64,000 bases of DNA from an uncultured bacterium. GTDB lineage: Bacteria > Actinomycetota > Acidimicrobiia > Spongiisociales > UBA5794. Where the stretch lies: assembly GCA_963801165.1 (NCBI GenBank), contig CAWDDT010000005.1:1-64000 (forward strand), in the 5' to 3' direction. The position numbers were made by a program, and so were the translations under genes. Each line of letters begins with the position of its first letter. Position 1 is the stretch's first letter. The notes below the pieces were generated by a model, which saw nothing but the letters and a program-made list of their open reading frames with translations, searched no databases and had not been told where the DNA came from. Positions 18,484 to 28,184 of this stretch are shown here, piece after piece.

Positions 18484-18634
18484 TGGGGACTCCTTGTTTC
18501 AGAACGACGATTGTGCGACCCGGTTCCCTCGACAGCCAGTCGGGGCGCCTGTCACCACCCGGAATCTGCTGATGCCAAACCTCGTCACATGTGGCATAAT
18601 TGGAGCGTTCACTCAAAATCTGAGAGGTTGGGTC

Positions 18635-19930
18635 ATGTTGGGAGTTCACAACGGAAGAAGAGTCGCCGTCGTCGCGGGGCTGCGCACCCCCTTCATGAAG
18701 GCGGGATCCAGGTTCCGCAACCTATCGACGCTCGACCTCGGCGCCATGGTCACCAACGAGCTTCTCCAGCGCTCCAGTCTCGACCCCGGCCAGGTCGATC
18801 AGGTCATCGCCGGAGCCGTCGTCGCCGACGTGGCAGCCCCCAACATCGCCCGCGAGATCGTCATGCGGTGCAACATGCCGGCTTCGGTAGACGCCTACTC
18901 GGTGAGCAGAGCGTGCGCCACATCGACCCAGGCCATCGTCAACGGCGCCAGGGCGATCCTCCTCGGCGACGCCGACATCGTGCTGGCCGGCGGTTCCGAC
19001 ACCCTCTCCAAACCCCCGATCACCTACGACCCGAAGGTCGTCGACGCCCTGATGGCCGCCAACGCCGCCAAGGACATCCCGTCCAAGGTCAGGGCTTTCA
19101 CCAGGCTCCGCCCCGGCGACCTCGCCCCGCGCCCACCGGCGCTGGCGGACCTCGCCAGCGGTCTCACCATGGGCGATGCTGCCGAGAAGATGGCCAGAGA
19201 GAACGAGATCAGCCGCGAGGCACAGGACCAGTACGCATACGAATCGCATATGAAGGCAGTGACCGCCTGGGAGAAGGGAGTCTTCGCCGACGAGGTGATG
19301 CCCATCCCCCTCCCACCGAAGTACGACGAGACCGTAGCGCAAGACGGCATCCCCCGGGCCGACACCACCCCCGAGAAGCTCGCCGCGCTTCGACCCGTCT
19401 TCGACAGGAGGTACGGATCGGTCACCGCGGGCAACTCCTCCCCGCTCACCGACGGAGCCGCGATGGTGCTGCTCATGGAGGAGGGGACTGCGAAGCAGCT
19501 TGGTTTCGAGATCAAGGCGTATATCAAGGCGTGGGCATTCGCCGGCCTCGATCCCTCATGGCAGATGCTGATGGGGCCGTCGTTTGCGACACCATTGGCG
19601 CTCGACCGGGCAGGTCTGACCTTTGCGGACATCGACGTCATCGACATGCACGAAGCGTTTGCTGCCCAGATGCTGTCGAACATCAAGGCATTCGCCTCCG
19701 CGGGGTGGGCCAGGATCCACCTCGATCGCGACGAAGCGATAGGTGAGATCGATCCCGAGAAGCTGAATCTCTACGGTGGCTCTATCTCGCTCGGGCACCC
19801 GTTTGCCGCAACCGGTGCCCGGCAGACGCTGACGATGGCCAACGAGCTGCAACGCCGCGACAAGGGAACGGCACTGGTCACCCAGTGCGCCGCGGGCGGG
19901 CTCGGTGCCGCCCTGATCCTCGAACGCTGA
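18635..19930 (+). CDS. fadI: Acetyl-CoA C-acyltransferase (3-ketoacyl-CoA thiolase), FadI type
   Basis: RTPF, catalytic SRACATS, HEAF, GHPFAATG and CAAGGLG; start ATG 18635 (RBS GAGG). Confidence 0.92.
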   Translation: MLGVHNGRRVAVVAGLRTPFMKAGSRFRNLSTLDLGAMVTNELLQRSSLDPGQVDQVIAGAVVADVAAPNIAREIVMRCNMPASVDAYSVSRACATSTQAIVNGARAILLGDADIVLAGGSDTLSKPPITYDPKVVDALMAANAAKDIPSKVRAFTRLRPGDLAPRPPALADLASGLTMGDAAEKMARENEISREAQDQYAYESHMKAVTAWEKGVFADEVMPIPLPPKYDETVAQDGIPRADTTPEKLAALRPVFDRRYGSVTAGNSSPLTDGAAMVLLMEEGTAKQLGFEIKAYIKAWAFAGLDPSWQMLMGPSFATPLALDRAGLTFADIDVIDMHEAFAAQMLSNIKAFASAGWARIHLDRDEAIGEIDPEKLNLYGGSISLGHPFAATGARQTLTMANELQRRDKGTALVTQCAAGGLGAALILER

Positions 19931-19943
19931 AAGGAGCCACATC

Positions 19944-22127
19944 TTGGACCTCACCCATATCCGATTCGGCGTCAACGACGAAGGGGTGGCAACCGCACTC
20001 CTCGACAAGAAGGATGAGCCCTTCAACACCCTCGGTCCCGAGCTCGCCGCCGACCTATTCGCCGTCGTCCAGCACGTGGAAGACAACGACGACATCAAGG
20101 CTCTAGTCATTGCCTCGGCCAAGAAGGACAACTTCGTCTCGGGCGCCGACATCCGTTGGCTGCAGACCCTGGACGATCCCGACACCGCCCTGGAGCTGCT
20201 CGAAGCCGCCCAGCGAGGGTTCATGCAGCTCGAGAGATTGACCACCGAGCACGGCAAGCCGGTGGTCGCCGCCATCCATGGCGCGTGCCTCGGCGGAGGA
20301 ATGGAGCTGGCCCTGGCCTGCTCGATGCGCATTGCCTCGAACGACGAGAGAAAGACCCAGCTGGGTCAGCCCGAGGTTCAACTCGGTTTGATCCCCGCGG
20401 CCGGCGGCACGCAGCGGCTACCCCGTCTGATCGGTATCGCCGCCGGTCTCGACCTCATCCTCACCGGTCGCTCGGTGCGGCCGCGCCAGGCCATGAAAAT
20501 GGGGCTCATCGACGAGGCGTGTCCGGTGGAGATACTGCTCGACGTCGCCAGGAAGAGGGCACTGGAGGCGGCCATCAACCCCACCACACCGGAATCGAGC
20601 GGGAGCGGCTTCGGAAGGTTGCGTAGCTTCCTGGCACCGAGCCACTTGCAGCAGCTCGCTCTCGAGGAGAATGCCGTCGGGCGTCGCGTGCTGTTCAGCA
20701 AGGCCGAAGAGAAGATGCTGGAGACCACAAAGGGCAACTACCCGGCCCCACCCGCGGCCCTGCGAGCCGTCAGGGCCGGTGTCGAGCAGGGGCCGGACGT
20801 TGGCTACCGCACCGAGCTCGACGAGTTCAAGAACCTCGTCGTGTCACCCGAAGCGAAGGCGTTGATATCGGTATTTTTTGCCACCCAGGCGCTGAAACGT
20901 GACCCGGGGGTGGAGTCGGGGGCCGAGCCGGTGACCGTCACCAACACTGCGGTGCTCGGCGGGGGCCTCATGGGCGGCGGGATCGCAGCCGTCAACACCA
21001 CCAGAGCCGGGGTGCATACCAGGATCAAGGAGATCGACGATGCCGGGGTGCGGCGTGGCCTGGCGTACGTGAACAAGGTCATCGACGGCCAGCAGAAACG
21101 CCGGCGGATCGACCTACGACAATCGCGCACGATGCGCCACCTCGTCACCGGGACCACCGAGTGGCGCGGCTTTGGCAAGGTGGAGCTCGTCATCGAAGCT
21201 GTCTTCGAGGACGTCGATCTGAAGCGGTCGATGGTCGAGCAGGTGGAGGCGGTGACCGGACCGGACACGATCTTCGCATCCAACACCTCCTCGATCCCGA
21301 TCGCCGAGATTGCCGCGGCCGCGGCCCGGCCGGAAAACGTCATCGGAATGCACTACTTCTCGCCCGTCGAGAAAATGCCACTGCTCGAGATCATCGTGAC
21401 CGACAAGACCGCCGACCGGGTAACGGCAAGTGCGGTCGCCTTCGGCAAGCGGCAGGGCAAGACGGTCATCGTCGTCAACGACGGCGCGGGCTTCTACACC
21501 TCGCGCATCATCGCGCCCTACATGAACGAGGTCGGATGGCTCCTGGAGGAAGGCGTGAGCATTGAGGCCATCGACGCCGCGATGACGGCGTGGGGTTTCC
21601 CGGTTGGCCCCGTCCAGCTCACCGACGAGGTCGGGATCGACGTCGGCGCCAAAGTCGGCAAGGTGATGGTCGGCGCCTTTGGCGAGCGGTTGAGCCCACC
21701 TGAGGGATTCGCCCGGCTTCTCGCCGATGAGCGCTATGGCCGCAAGAACGGGCGGGGTTTCTACCGGTACGAGGACGGCGAGCGCAAGGGCGTCGATCAA
21801 TCCGTCTACGCAGTGTTGGGAACCCCCGCACACAAGACGATGCCGCGTACCGAAATCCAGGACCGGCTCGCCCTCCAGATGATCAACGAGGCGGCCCGGT
21901 GTCTCGAGGAGGGGATCCTCCGCTCTGCCCGCGACGGCGACATCGGCGCCATCTTCGGGCTCGGGTTTCCGGCGTTTACGGGTGGTCCGTTCAGCTACAT
22001 AGATCGGGTCGGTGCCGCACAGGTTGTCGCCAAGCTGCATGGGTATGCCGCCGATCACGGTGAGCGATACACACCCGCGCTGATCCTCGAACAGCACGCC
22101 GAGACGGGAGAGCCGTTCCGAAGCTGA
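19944..22127 (+). CDS. fadJ: Fatty-acid oxidation complex alpha subunit (enoyl-CoA hydratase/3-hydroxyacyl-CoA dehydrogenase)
   Basis: CLGGGMELALAC, PEVQLG, GGGLMG, ASNTSS and GMHYFSP; TTG start with RBS AAGGAG. Confidence 0.92.
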   Translation: MDLTHIRFGVNDEGVATALLDKKDEPFNTLGPELAADLFAVVQHVEDNDDIKALVIASAKKDNFVSGADIRWLQTLDDPDTALELLEAAQRGFMQLERLTTEHGKPVVAAIHGACLGGGMELALACSMRIASNDERKTQLGQPEVQLGLIPAAGGTQRLPRLIGIAAGLDLILTGRSVRPRQAMKMGLIDEACPVEILLDVARKRALEAAINPTTPESSGSGFGRLRSFLAPSHLQQLALEENAVGRRVLFSKAEEKMLETTKGNYPAPPAALRAVRAGVEQGPDVGYRTELDEFKNLVVSPEAKALISVFFATQALKRDPGVESGAEPVTVTNTAVLGGGLMGGGIAAVNTTRAGVHTRIKEIDDAGVRRGLAYVNKVIDGQQKRRRIDLRQSRTMRHLVTGTTEWRGFGKVELVIEAVFEDVDLKRSMVEQVEAVTGPDTIFASNTSSIPIAEIAAAAARPENVIGMHYFSPVEKMPLLEIIVTDKTADRVTASAVAFGKRQGKTVIVVNDGAGFYTSRIIAPYMNEVGWLLEEGVSIEAIDAAMTAWGFPVGPVQLTDEVGIDVGAKVGKVMVGAFGERLSPPEGFARLLADERYGRKNGRGFYRYEDGERKGVDQSVYAVLGTPAHKTMPRTEIQDRLALQMINEAARCLEEGILRSARDGDIGAIFGLGFPAFTGGPFSYIDRVGAAQVVAKLHGYAADHGERYTPALILEQHAETGEPFRS

Positions 22128-22179
22128 TTCGCTACCTATCTACGCCACCGGCGCCGGTCGACCGGTAGGCTGACGAGAA

Positions 22180-25100
22180 GTGGATACGTCGGAGTCGACC
22201 AGCGAAACGGCAGCCGCAGACATCGAGGCTGCGATCAAACACGTCGCGGACTTTGTGGCGGTCGATTCGCTCCCTATGGTCCGCGACTTCGCCCGTCTGT
22301 ATCTGCGCCGGGCGGGCGACGCCCCGATGTTGGAGCTTCCACCAGGCGAGCTCGCTGCCCACGTCGCCGGTCTGTTCAACTTCGCCAGCGGGCGCGGGCT
22401 GAATCCGATCGGGGTGCGGGTATTCAATCCTTCGTCGGAGAACCACGGATACCACGGCAAGGGCACGATCGTCGAAGTCTCGACCGGCGACCGCCCTTTC
22501 CTGATCGACTCTGTGATCGGGGCGATCCAGAGCCACGGAGCCAAGGTCGAATACGTCATCCACCCGGTGATAGGCACCGTCCGTGACGACGACGGCTACC
22601 TGGTCGACGTGTCGCCGGCACGCAGCGCCACGACCCGGGAATCTATCCAGCACTACTGTCTGGATCGGCTGCTCACCAGCCGGGAGCGCGAGCAAGTGCA
22701 CGACGAGGTGGTGAGAACCCTCGGTGACGTGCGGCGGGCCGTCGATGACTTCGAGCCGCTGACCCGGCGAATCCCGCGCATGATCGAGCTCGTGCACCAG
22801 GCCGCCAACCGCTACGACTCAGGCGAGGTCAAAGCCGCCGAATCATTCCTCGACTGGCTACTTGACCTCAATTTCATCTTTCTCGGCTATCGCGAATACG
22901 AGATCAAGGATGTAGACGGAGTTCAGTCTCTATCGGTGGTACCCGGATCCGGGTTGGGCATCCTCCGCGGCGAGAAGCACTCGGCATATCGCGAGCCGGT
23001 CCCGCTGGACGACTTGAAGCCCGAGCTTCGTGCTCGCTACCAGTCGGGGGACCTGCTCGTGATCAGCAAGGCGAACAGCGTGTCGACCGTGCACAGGCGG
23101 GTCAGACTCGACTATGTCGGGATCCATACGGTCGACGCACAGGGCAACGTCAACGGTGAGGCCCGGCTGCTCGGTCTCTTCACGTCCAAGGCATACATGG
23201 CACCGGCGTCGCAGGTGCCACTCCTCGACCACAAGCTGCAGCAACTCGTCGAGGCCGAGGATCTGATCGAGGGCACCCACGACCACAAGGCGACTGTCGA
23301 GATCTTCGAGACCTTCCCCAAGGAAGAGCTGTTCTCCGCAACGGTCGACGAGCTGCGCCGCTCCGTCATAGGCATCGTCCAGCTGCGGGAGAGCAAGAGC
23401 GTCAAATTATTCGTCCGCCGCGACCTGTTCAACCGCAGCGTCGCCATCGTGGTCGCCTTGCCCCGCGATCGCTTCAACGGACCACTCCGCAAGGAGCTGC
23501 AGCAGCTGTTCCTCGACCGGTACCGCGGCACGTCCGTCGACTACCACCTCGCCCTCGGGGAATCCGATCCGGCGCAGATCTACTTCACCGTCTGGGTCAT
23601 GGAAGGCGAGATACCGGAAGTTCCCTTCCTGGAGCTGGAGCAAGAGGTAGTCGCCATAACCAGGACGTGGGAGGATCGGCTCCGTGATCAGCTCACGGAG
23701 CGGGTCGGCGAGGAGGAGGCTAAGCGGATCGCCGGCACCTGGGCCTCCCGCCTTCCCGATTACTACAAGACATCGGTGCAGCTCGGTATCGCCGCAGGCG
23801 ACGTCCTCGAGTTGGACAGACAAGACCGCAACGGCAACGCCATCGTCATCGGCCTGCAGAACGAGGTCGCCGAGTCGGACCGGGACACGCTCACCCGTCT
23901 TGCCGTCTACCGGCGCGGTGACAAGATGCCATTGTCCGGAATGATGCCCCACCTGGTTGCGCTCGGGCTACACATTGTCGAAGAGGTCCCCACCCGGCTC
24001 GAGAACGGCAATCAGGACCTGTTCATCCACGACTTTGGGGTCTTGACCGCGAGCGGCGAGCAGCTCGACATCGCCACCAGCAAGGAGAGGCTCGCCGCCG
24101 CACTCGATGCGGTCCTCGAGAACGGGGCAGAATCTGACTCGCTCAACAGGCTGCTCATCTCGACCGGGCTCGATCACCACCAGATCGGTGTGCTGCGCGC
24201 CTATCGCACGTACTTGCAGCGGGTGGCCGCCATGTTCACCGCGCAGTACATGAACGACACGCTGGCGGCTCACCCCAAGCTGGCCGCCAAGCTGTACCGC
24301 CTCTTCGAGGCGCGCTTTGACCCGAACACCCAACCCGGCATCGAGACGCAGATCCGGGCCGACATCCTCGACTCGATCGACCGCGTGGCCTCGCTCGACG
24401 AGGACCGCATCCTGCGCGGCTTCCTGGGCGTGATCGATGCGACGGTACGGACCAACTTCTTCAGGCAGTTCCGCAACAGCATCGCCTTCAAGCTGAGGTC
24501 GGCGGACGTACCGAACATGCCGCCCCCCCATCCCCTATACGAGATCTTCGTTTACTCACCGCACGTCGAGGGCGTCCACCTGCGTGGCGGGAAGGTCGCT
24601 CGAGGCGGCATCCGCTGGTCAACACGCCGTGAGGATTATCGGACCGAAGTGCTGGGTCTCATGAAGGCGCAGATGACCAAGAACGCGGTGATCGTCCCCA
24701 CCGGCTCCAAAGGTGGCTTCGTACTGCGACAGTCATCGGACCAGATAAGCGATATCGGTGAGGAGGTCCGGCTTCGCTACACGACGTTCATCGAGGGTTT
24801 GCTCGACGTCACCGACAATCTCGTCGAAGGCCAGGTCGTCCATCCCCCGGACGTTCGCATCCATGACGGCGACGACCCCTATCTGGTCGTGGCCGCCGAC
24901 AAGGGGACCGCTGCGCTCTCCGACACCGCAAACGAGGTCGCCGAGAAATACGGATTCTGGCTGGGCGACGCTTTCGCTTCGGGTGGTGCTCACGGCTATG
25001 ACCACAAGGAGCTAGGGATCACGGCCCGGGGTGGGTGGGAGTCGGTAAAGCACCACTTTCTCGAGCGTGGAACCGATATCCAGAACGAGCCGTTCACTGT

Positions 25101-26985
25101 CGCCGGCATCGGCGACATGTCGGGCGACGTCTTTGGCAACGCCATGCTTCTGTCACGTCAGATCCGGCTGGTGGCCGCATTCGATCACCGCGACATCTTC
25201 ATAGACCCCAACCCCGATCCAGCGGCCAGCCATGAGGAACGGCAACGTCTCTTCGAGATGCCTGCCAGCTCGTGGCGCGACTACGACGTGAGCCTCATGT
25301 CACCGGGAGGGGCGGTGTTCTCCCGGCAGGCCAAAGAGGTGACGCTGTCACCGCAGGCAAGAGAGAGGCTCCAGATCGAAGCCATCTCGATGACACCGAA
25401 CGAGCTGATCCGGGCGGTGCTGGCGGCACCGGTCGACCTGCTCTGGAACGGTGGCATCGGCACATACGTCAAGGCGAGTGACGAGACCAACGAATCGGTC
25501 GGTGACCGGGCCAACGATGCGGTCCGGATCGACGGCAGCGCTCTGCGCTGCTTGGTCATCGGCGAGGGGGGCAACCTGGGCTTGACCCAGCGCGGCCGGA
25601 TCGAGTTCGCCATGGCGGGAGGCTCGATCCAGACCGATTTCATCGACAATTCAGCCGGGGTGCACTGCTCCGACCGGGAGGTCAATCTCAAGATCCTGCT
25701 CGGCCTCGCCGAGGAACGGGGCGAGCTGAACCGTGCCCAGCGAGATGAGCTGGTCAACGAGGTCGCCGGGGACGTCACCGCGGCGATCCTGTACGACAAC
25801 TTCCTCCAGGCCCAGATCCTGTCGCAAGAAGCCGCTCACTCCGCCCGGTCGATGGAGACGTACGAGCATGGCATCGCGCTGCTCGAGAACCAGGGCATCC
25901 TCGACCGGTCCCTCGAATACCTGCCGTCGGCAGACGCCATGACCGAACGCGCCCGATCCGGCCAGGGTCTGACCAAGCCCGAGCTATCCGTGCTCCTCGC
26001 TTATGCCAAGCGCAGCCTGTACGAGGCGCTGCTGGATTCGGATATAGTCGACCACCCCTACTTCCTCGCCGACCTCCGCCGCTATTTCCCCCCTGCCGTC
26101 GTCGAGCGATTCGGCCATCTCGTCGACCAGCATCCGCTGCGCCGCGAGCTCATCGCCACGATCCTCGCTAACCAGGTCACCAACTCAGAGGGCATCACCT
26201 TCGTGATGCGGCTGATGGATCAAACCGGCGCCGACCCGGCCATGGTGATCCGGGCTTACCGGATCGCCCGCACCATCACGGGCGCCGAGAGAAGGTGGAC
26301 GGAGCTCGAGGCCATGGTCGGCACCGTTGATCCGGGCTTGATTCGCAAGCTGCTCGACAACGTCGACTGGCTCGTTGAGACCACTGCCAGGTGGTTTCTC
26401 AACAACCCGTCGGCGCGCGCGCCTATCGACGAGGTAATCCCCACGTTCGCCGCGGATTTCCAAGCCCTCACCGAGTCGATTGGCACGATGGGAGCCAATG
26501 CCTGGCAACAAGCCCGCGCTGCTGCGGCAGAGCAACTAGTCGCTCTCGGCATCCCGCCGGCGATAGCCAGGGATCATGCTTTCATCGAAGATCTTGTTCA
26601 CGCCCCCGACATAATCGAGCTCGCTCAGCAGACGGGACGCTCGGTATCCGAAGTATCGGGAGTGTTCTTCCGCATCGGGCGAGCCATCAGAATCGACTGG
26701 CTGGAGCAGCAGATCGCCACGATCGAGCCGACCGACAGATGGGAGCGTCTCGCCAAGCAGGCCGCGGAGGCCGATCTCGTCGCACTGCGCCGCCGCCTTG
26801 CCGAGAAGGTGCTGGCCCGAGCCGGATCGAGGGCGCCACGCGACGCGGTACGCCGATTCCTCGCCGAGCGGGCAGCTGCCCACGGCAGGACCTTGACATT
26901 CATGCGTCAGCTCGCCACCGAGGGTATGGATTCCATCGATGCTGCGATCGTTGCCACCCGTCAGATCGAGCGAAACATGACATGA
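22180..26985 (+). CDS. gdhB: Large NAD-specific glutamate dehydrogenase (~1600 aa)
   Basis: RGGIRWS, KAQMTKNAVIVP, VAADKGTA, GYDHK, GIGDMSGDVFGN and EGGNLG motifs. Confidence 0.95.
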   Translation: MDTSESTSETAAADIEAAIKHVADFVAVDSLPMVRDFARLYLRRAGDAPMLELPPGELAAHVAGLFNFASGRGLNPIGVRVFNPSSENHGYHGKGTIVEVSTGDRPFLIDSVIGAIQSHGAKVEYVIHPVIGTVRDDDGYLVDVSPARSATTRESIQHYCLDRLLTSREREQVHDEVVRTLGDVRRAVDDFEPLTRRIPRMIELVHQAANRYDSGEVKAAESFLDWLLDLNFIFLGYREYEIKDVDGVQSLSVVPGSGLGILRGEKHSAYREPVPLDDLKPELRARYQSGDLLVISKANSVSTVHRRVRLDYVGIHTVDAQGNVNGEARLLGLFTSKAYMAPASQVPLLDHKLQQLVEAEDLIEGTHDHKATVEIFETFPKEELFSATVDELRRSVIGIVQLRESKSVKLFVRRDLFNRSVAIVVALPRDRFNGPLRKELQQLFLDRYRGTSVDYHLALGESDPAQIYFTVWVMEGEIPEVPFLELEQEVVAITRTWEDRLRDQLTERVGEEEAKRIAGTWASRLPDYYKTSVQLGIAAGDVLELDRQDRNGNAIVIGLQNEVAESDRDTLTRLAVYRRGDKMPLSGMMPHLVALGLHIVEEVPTRLENGNQDLFIHDFGVLTASGEQLDIATSKERLAAALDAVLENGAESDSLNRLLISTGLDHHQIGVLRAYRTYLQRVAAMFTAQYMNDTLAAHPKLAAKLYRLFEARFDPNTQPGIETQIRADILDSIDRVASLDEDRILRGFLGVIDATVRTNFFRQFRNSIAFKLRSADVPNMPPPHPLYEIFVYSPHVEGVHLRGGKVARGGIRWSTRREDYRTEVLGLMKAQMTKNAVIVPTGSKGGFVLRQSSDQISDIGEEVRLRYTTFIEGLLDVTDNLVEGQVVHPPDVRIHDGDDPYLVVAADKGTAALSDTANEVAEKYGFWLGDAFASGGAHGYDHKELGITARGGWESVKHHFLERGTDIQNEPFTVAGIGDMSGDVFGNAMLLSRQIRLVAAFDHRDIFIDPNPDPAASHEERQRLFEMPASSWRDYDVSLMSPGGAVFSRQAKEVTLSPQARERLQIEAISMTPNELIRAVLAAPVDLLWNGGIGTYVKASDETNESVGDRANDAVRIDGSALRCLVIGEGGNLGLTQRGRIEFAMAGGSIQTDFIDNSAGVHCSDREVNLKILLGLAEERGELNRAQRDELVNEVAGDVTAAILYDNFLQAQILSQEAAHSARSMETYEHGIALLENQGILDRSLEYLPSADAMTERARSGQGLTKPELSVLLAYAKRSLYEALLDSDIVDHPYFLADLRRYFPPAVVERFGHLVDQHPLRRELIATILANQVTNSEGITFVMRLMDQTGADPAMVIRAYRIARTITGAERRWTELEAMVGTVDPGLIRKLLDNVDWLVETTARWFLNNPSARAPIDEVIPTFAADFQALTESIGTMGANAWQQARAAAAEQLVALGIPPAIARDHAFIEDLVHAPDIIELAQQTGRSVSEVSGVFFRIGRAIRIDWLEQQIATIEPTDRWERLAKQAAEADLVALRRRLAEKVLARAGSRAPRDAVRRFLAERAAAHGRTLTFMRQLATEGMDSIDAAIVATRQIERNMT

Positions 26986-27078
26986 GCATGGGTCGCTCGA
27001 CCCAAATGAATGCCTGCGGCCCCAGATCGGTAAACTCTCCCCTTCAGTTCGGCCGTCCTCCCGCCGATTGGTAAAAGC

Positions 27079-27261
27079 ATGATCCGACGCTCACGCAGGA
27101 AGAACACCAGAAACCACGGAGAGTCGTCCGCGCGAGCGCGCGAGCTCGCGATGAGGGAACGCCTCGAGAGCATCTCCGGATATGACTTTGACGAAGACTC
27201 GGCCAAAGAGGTCGAGCAGCGTATTCGTCGGATGAGCTACGGCCACAAGGTAGAGAAGTAA
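27079..27261 (+). CDS. Small hypothetical protein (60 aa)
   Basis: Fills an intergenic gap with genome-typical codons; TAAACT upstream; no family recognised. Confidence 0.45.
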   Translation: MIRRSRRKNTRNHGESSARARELAMRERLESISGYDFDEDSAKEVEQRIRRMSYGHKVEK

Positions 27262-27301
27262 ACCACCTCTCTGGGTTCAGAGGGCCAACCCGTCCGCAAC
27301 A

Positions 27302-27376
27302 TTCATTGCCGGACACAGGTTCATTGCCGGACATAGGTTCATTGCCTGACACAGGGTTCATTGCCTAGACATAGGG
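27302..27376. repeat. Four tandem 18-20-bp repeats upstream of mtnN
   Basis: TTCATTGCCGGACACAGG / TTCATTGCCGGACATAGG / TTCATTGCCTGACACAGGG / TTCATTGCCTAGACATAGGG. Confidence 0.92.
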
Positions 27377-27405
27377 TGGTAACGTTGCCGCCCGGGAGGC
27401 CAGCG

Positions 27406-28164
27406 ATGCAACCGGTAGCGATCCTAAGCGCCATGGACCAGGAGAGTTCGATGGTCGTCGACCGGATCGTCGACCCGGTCCACCATGAGTTTCTAGGGCA
27501 GAGCTTTCTCACCGGCACGATCGCCGGCATTGATATCGTCACGGCGACGACCGGTTATGGGAAGGTGGGGGCGGCCGCGACCACCGCTACGGTGCTGCAT
27601 CACTTTGGCCCACGGGCGGTCGTCTTCGGCGGTGTCGCCGGTGGGATCCGCCCCGACGTCAAGATTGGTGACGTTGTTATCGCGGACCGGCTGATCCAGC
27701 ACGACTACGACGCCAGCCCGCTGTTCGATCCCTATGTCATACCGTCCCTCGGCGTAGCTGAGATAGCCGCCGACGGGGACCTCACCGACCGGCTCATGGC
27801 CGCCGCACGAAAATACCTCGAGACCCGGGCGTACGATGAGATAGTCGCGGTTCCGGCAGACCTTTTCACGCCGGCTTCCATGACCCTGCATCGGGGCTTG
27901 ATCGCGTCCGGCGACCAGTTTCTCAGCGGCGTCGCGGAAGCGGGCAATCTGCACCACCGGCTGCCCGAGGTGCTTGCCGTGGAGATGGAGGGAGCCGCGG
28001 TGGGCCAGGTTTGCGCGGAACGGGATGTGCCGTTCGGCGTCTTCCGGCTCGTCTCGGACCGGGCCGACCAGGATGCAGAGGTCGACTTTCTGTCGTTCGT
28101 TGCATCGGTAGCAGCACCGCTGACCGCGGGAATCGTCGACGAGTTCCTCGGCGGCTTCAACTAG
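27406..28164 (+). CDS. mtnN: 5'-methylthioadenosine/S-adenosylhomocysteine nucleosidase
   Basis: SAMDQE, GYGKV, GVAGG, SGDQF, EMEGAA and RLVSD; RBS GGAGG before ATG 27406. Confidence 0.9.
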   Translation: MQPVAILSAMDQESSMVVDRIVDPVHHEFLGQSFLTGTIAGIDIVTATTGYGKVGAAATTATVLHHFGPRAVVFGGVAGGIRPDVKIGDVVIADRLIQHDYDASPLFDPYVIPSLGVAEIAADGDLTDRLMAAARKYLETRAYDEIVAVPADLFTPASMTLHRGLIASGDQFLSGVAEAGNLHHRLPEVLAVEMEGAAVGQVCAERDVPFGVFRLVSDRADQDAEVDFLSFVASVAAPLTAGIVDEFLGGFN

Positions 28165-28184
28165 TTCGGCCTGCAGGCGGCGTC

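Noticed and set aside
18484-18634. Cobalamin or SAM-IV riboswitch, or IdeR box, upstream of the ABC operon
   Set aside because: The minus strand has AGGGAACCGG and a GACAG/CTGTC stem but no B12 box and no GCAACC core; only half an IdeR-like site.
27302-27376. CRISPR array
   Set aside because: The repeats are directly adjacent with no spacers, and there are no cas genes.
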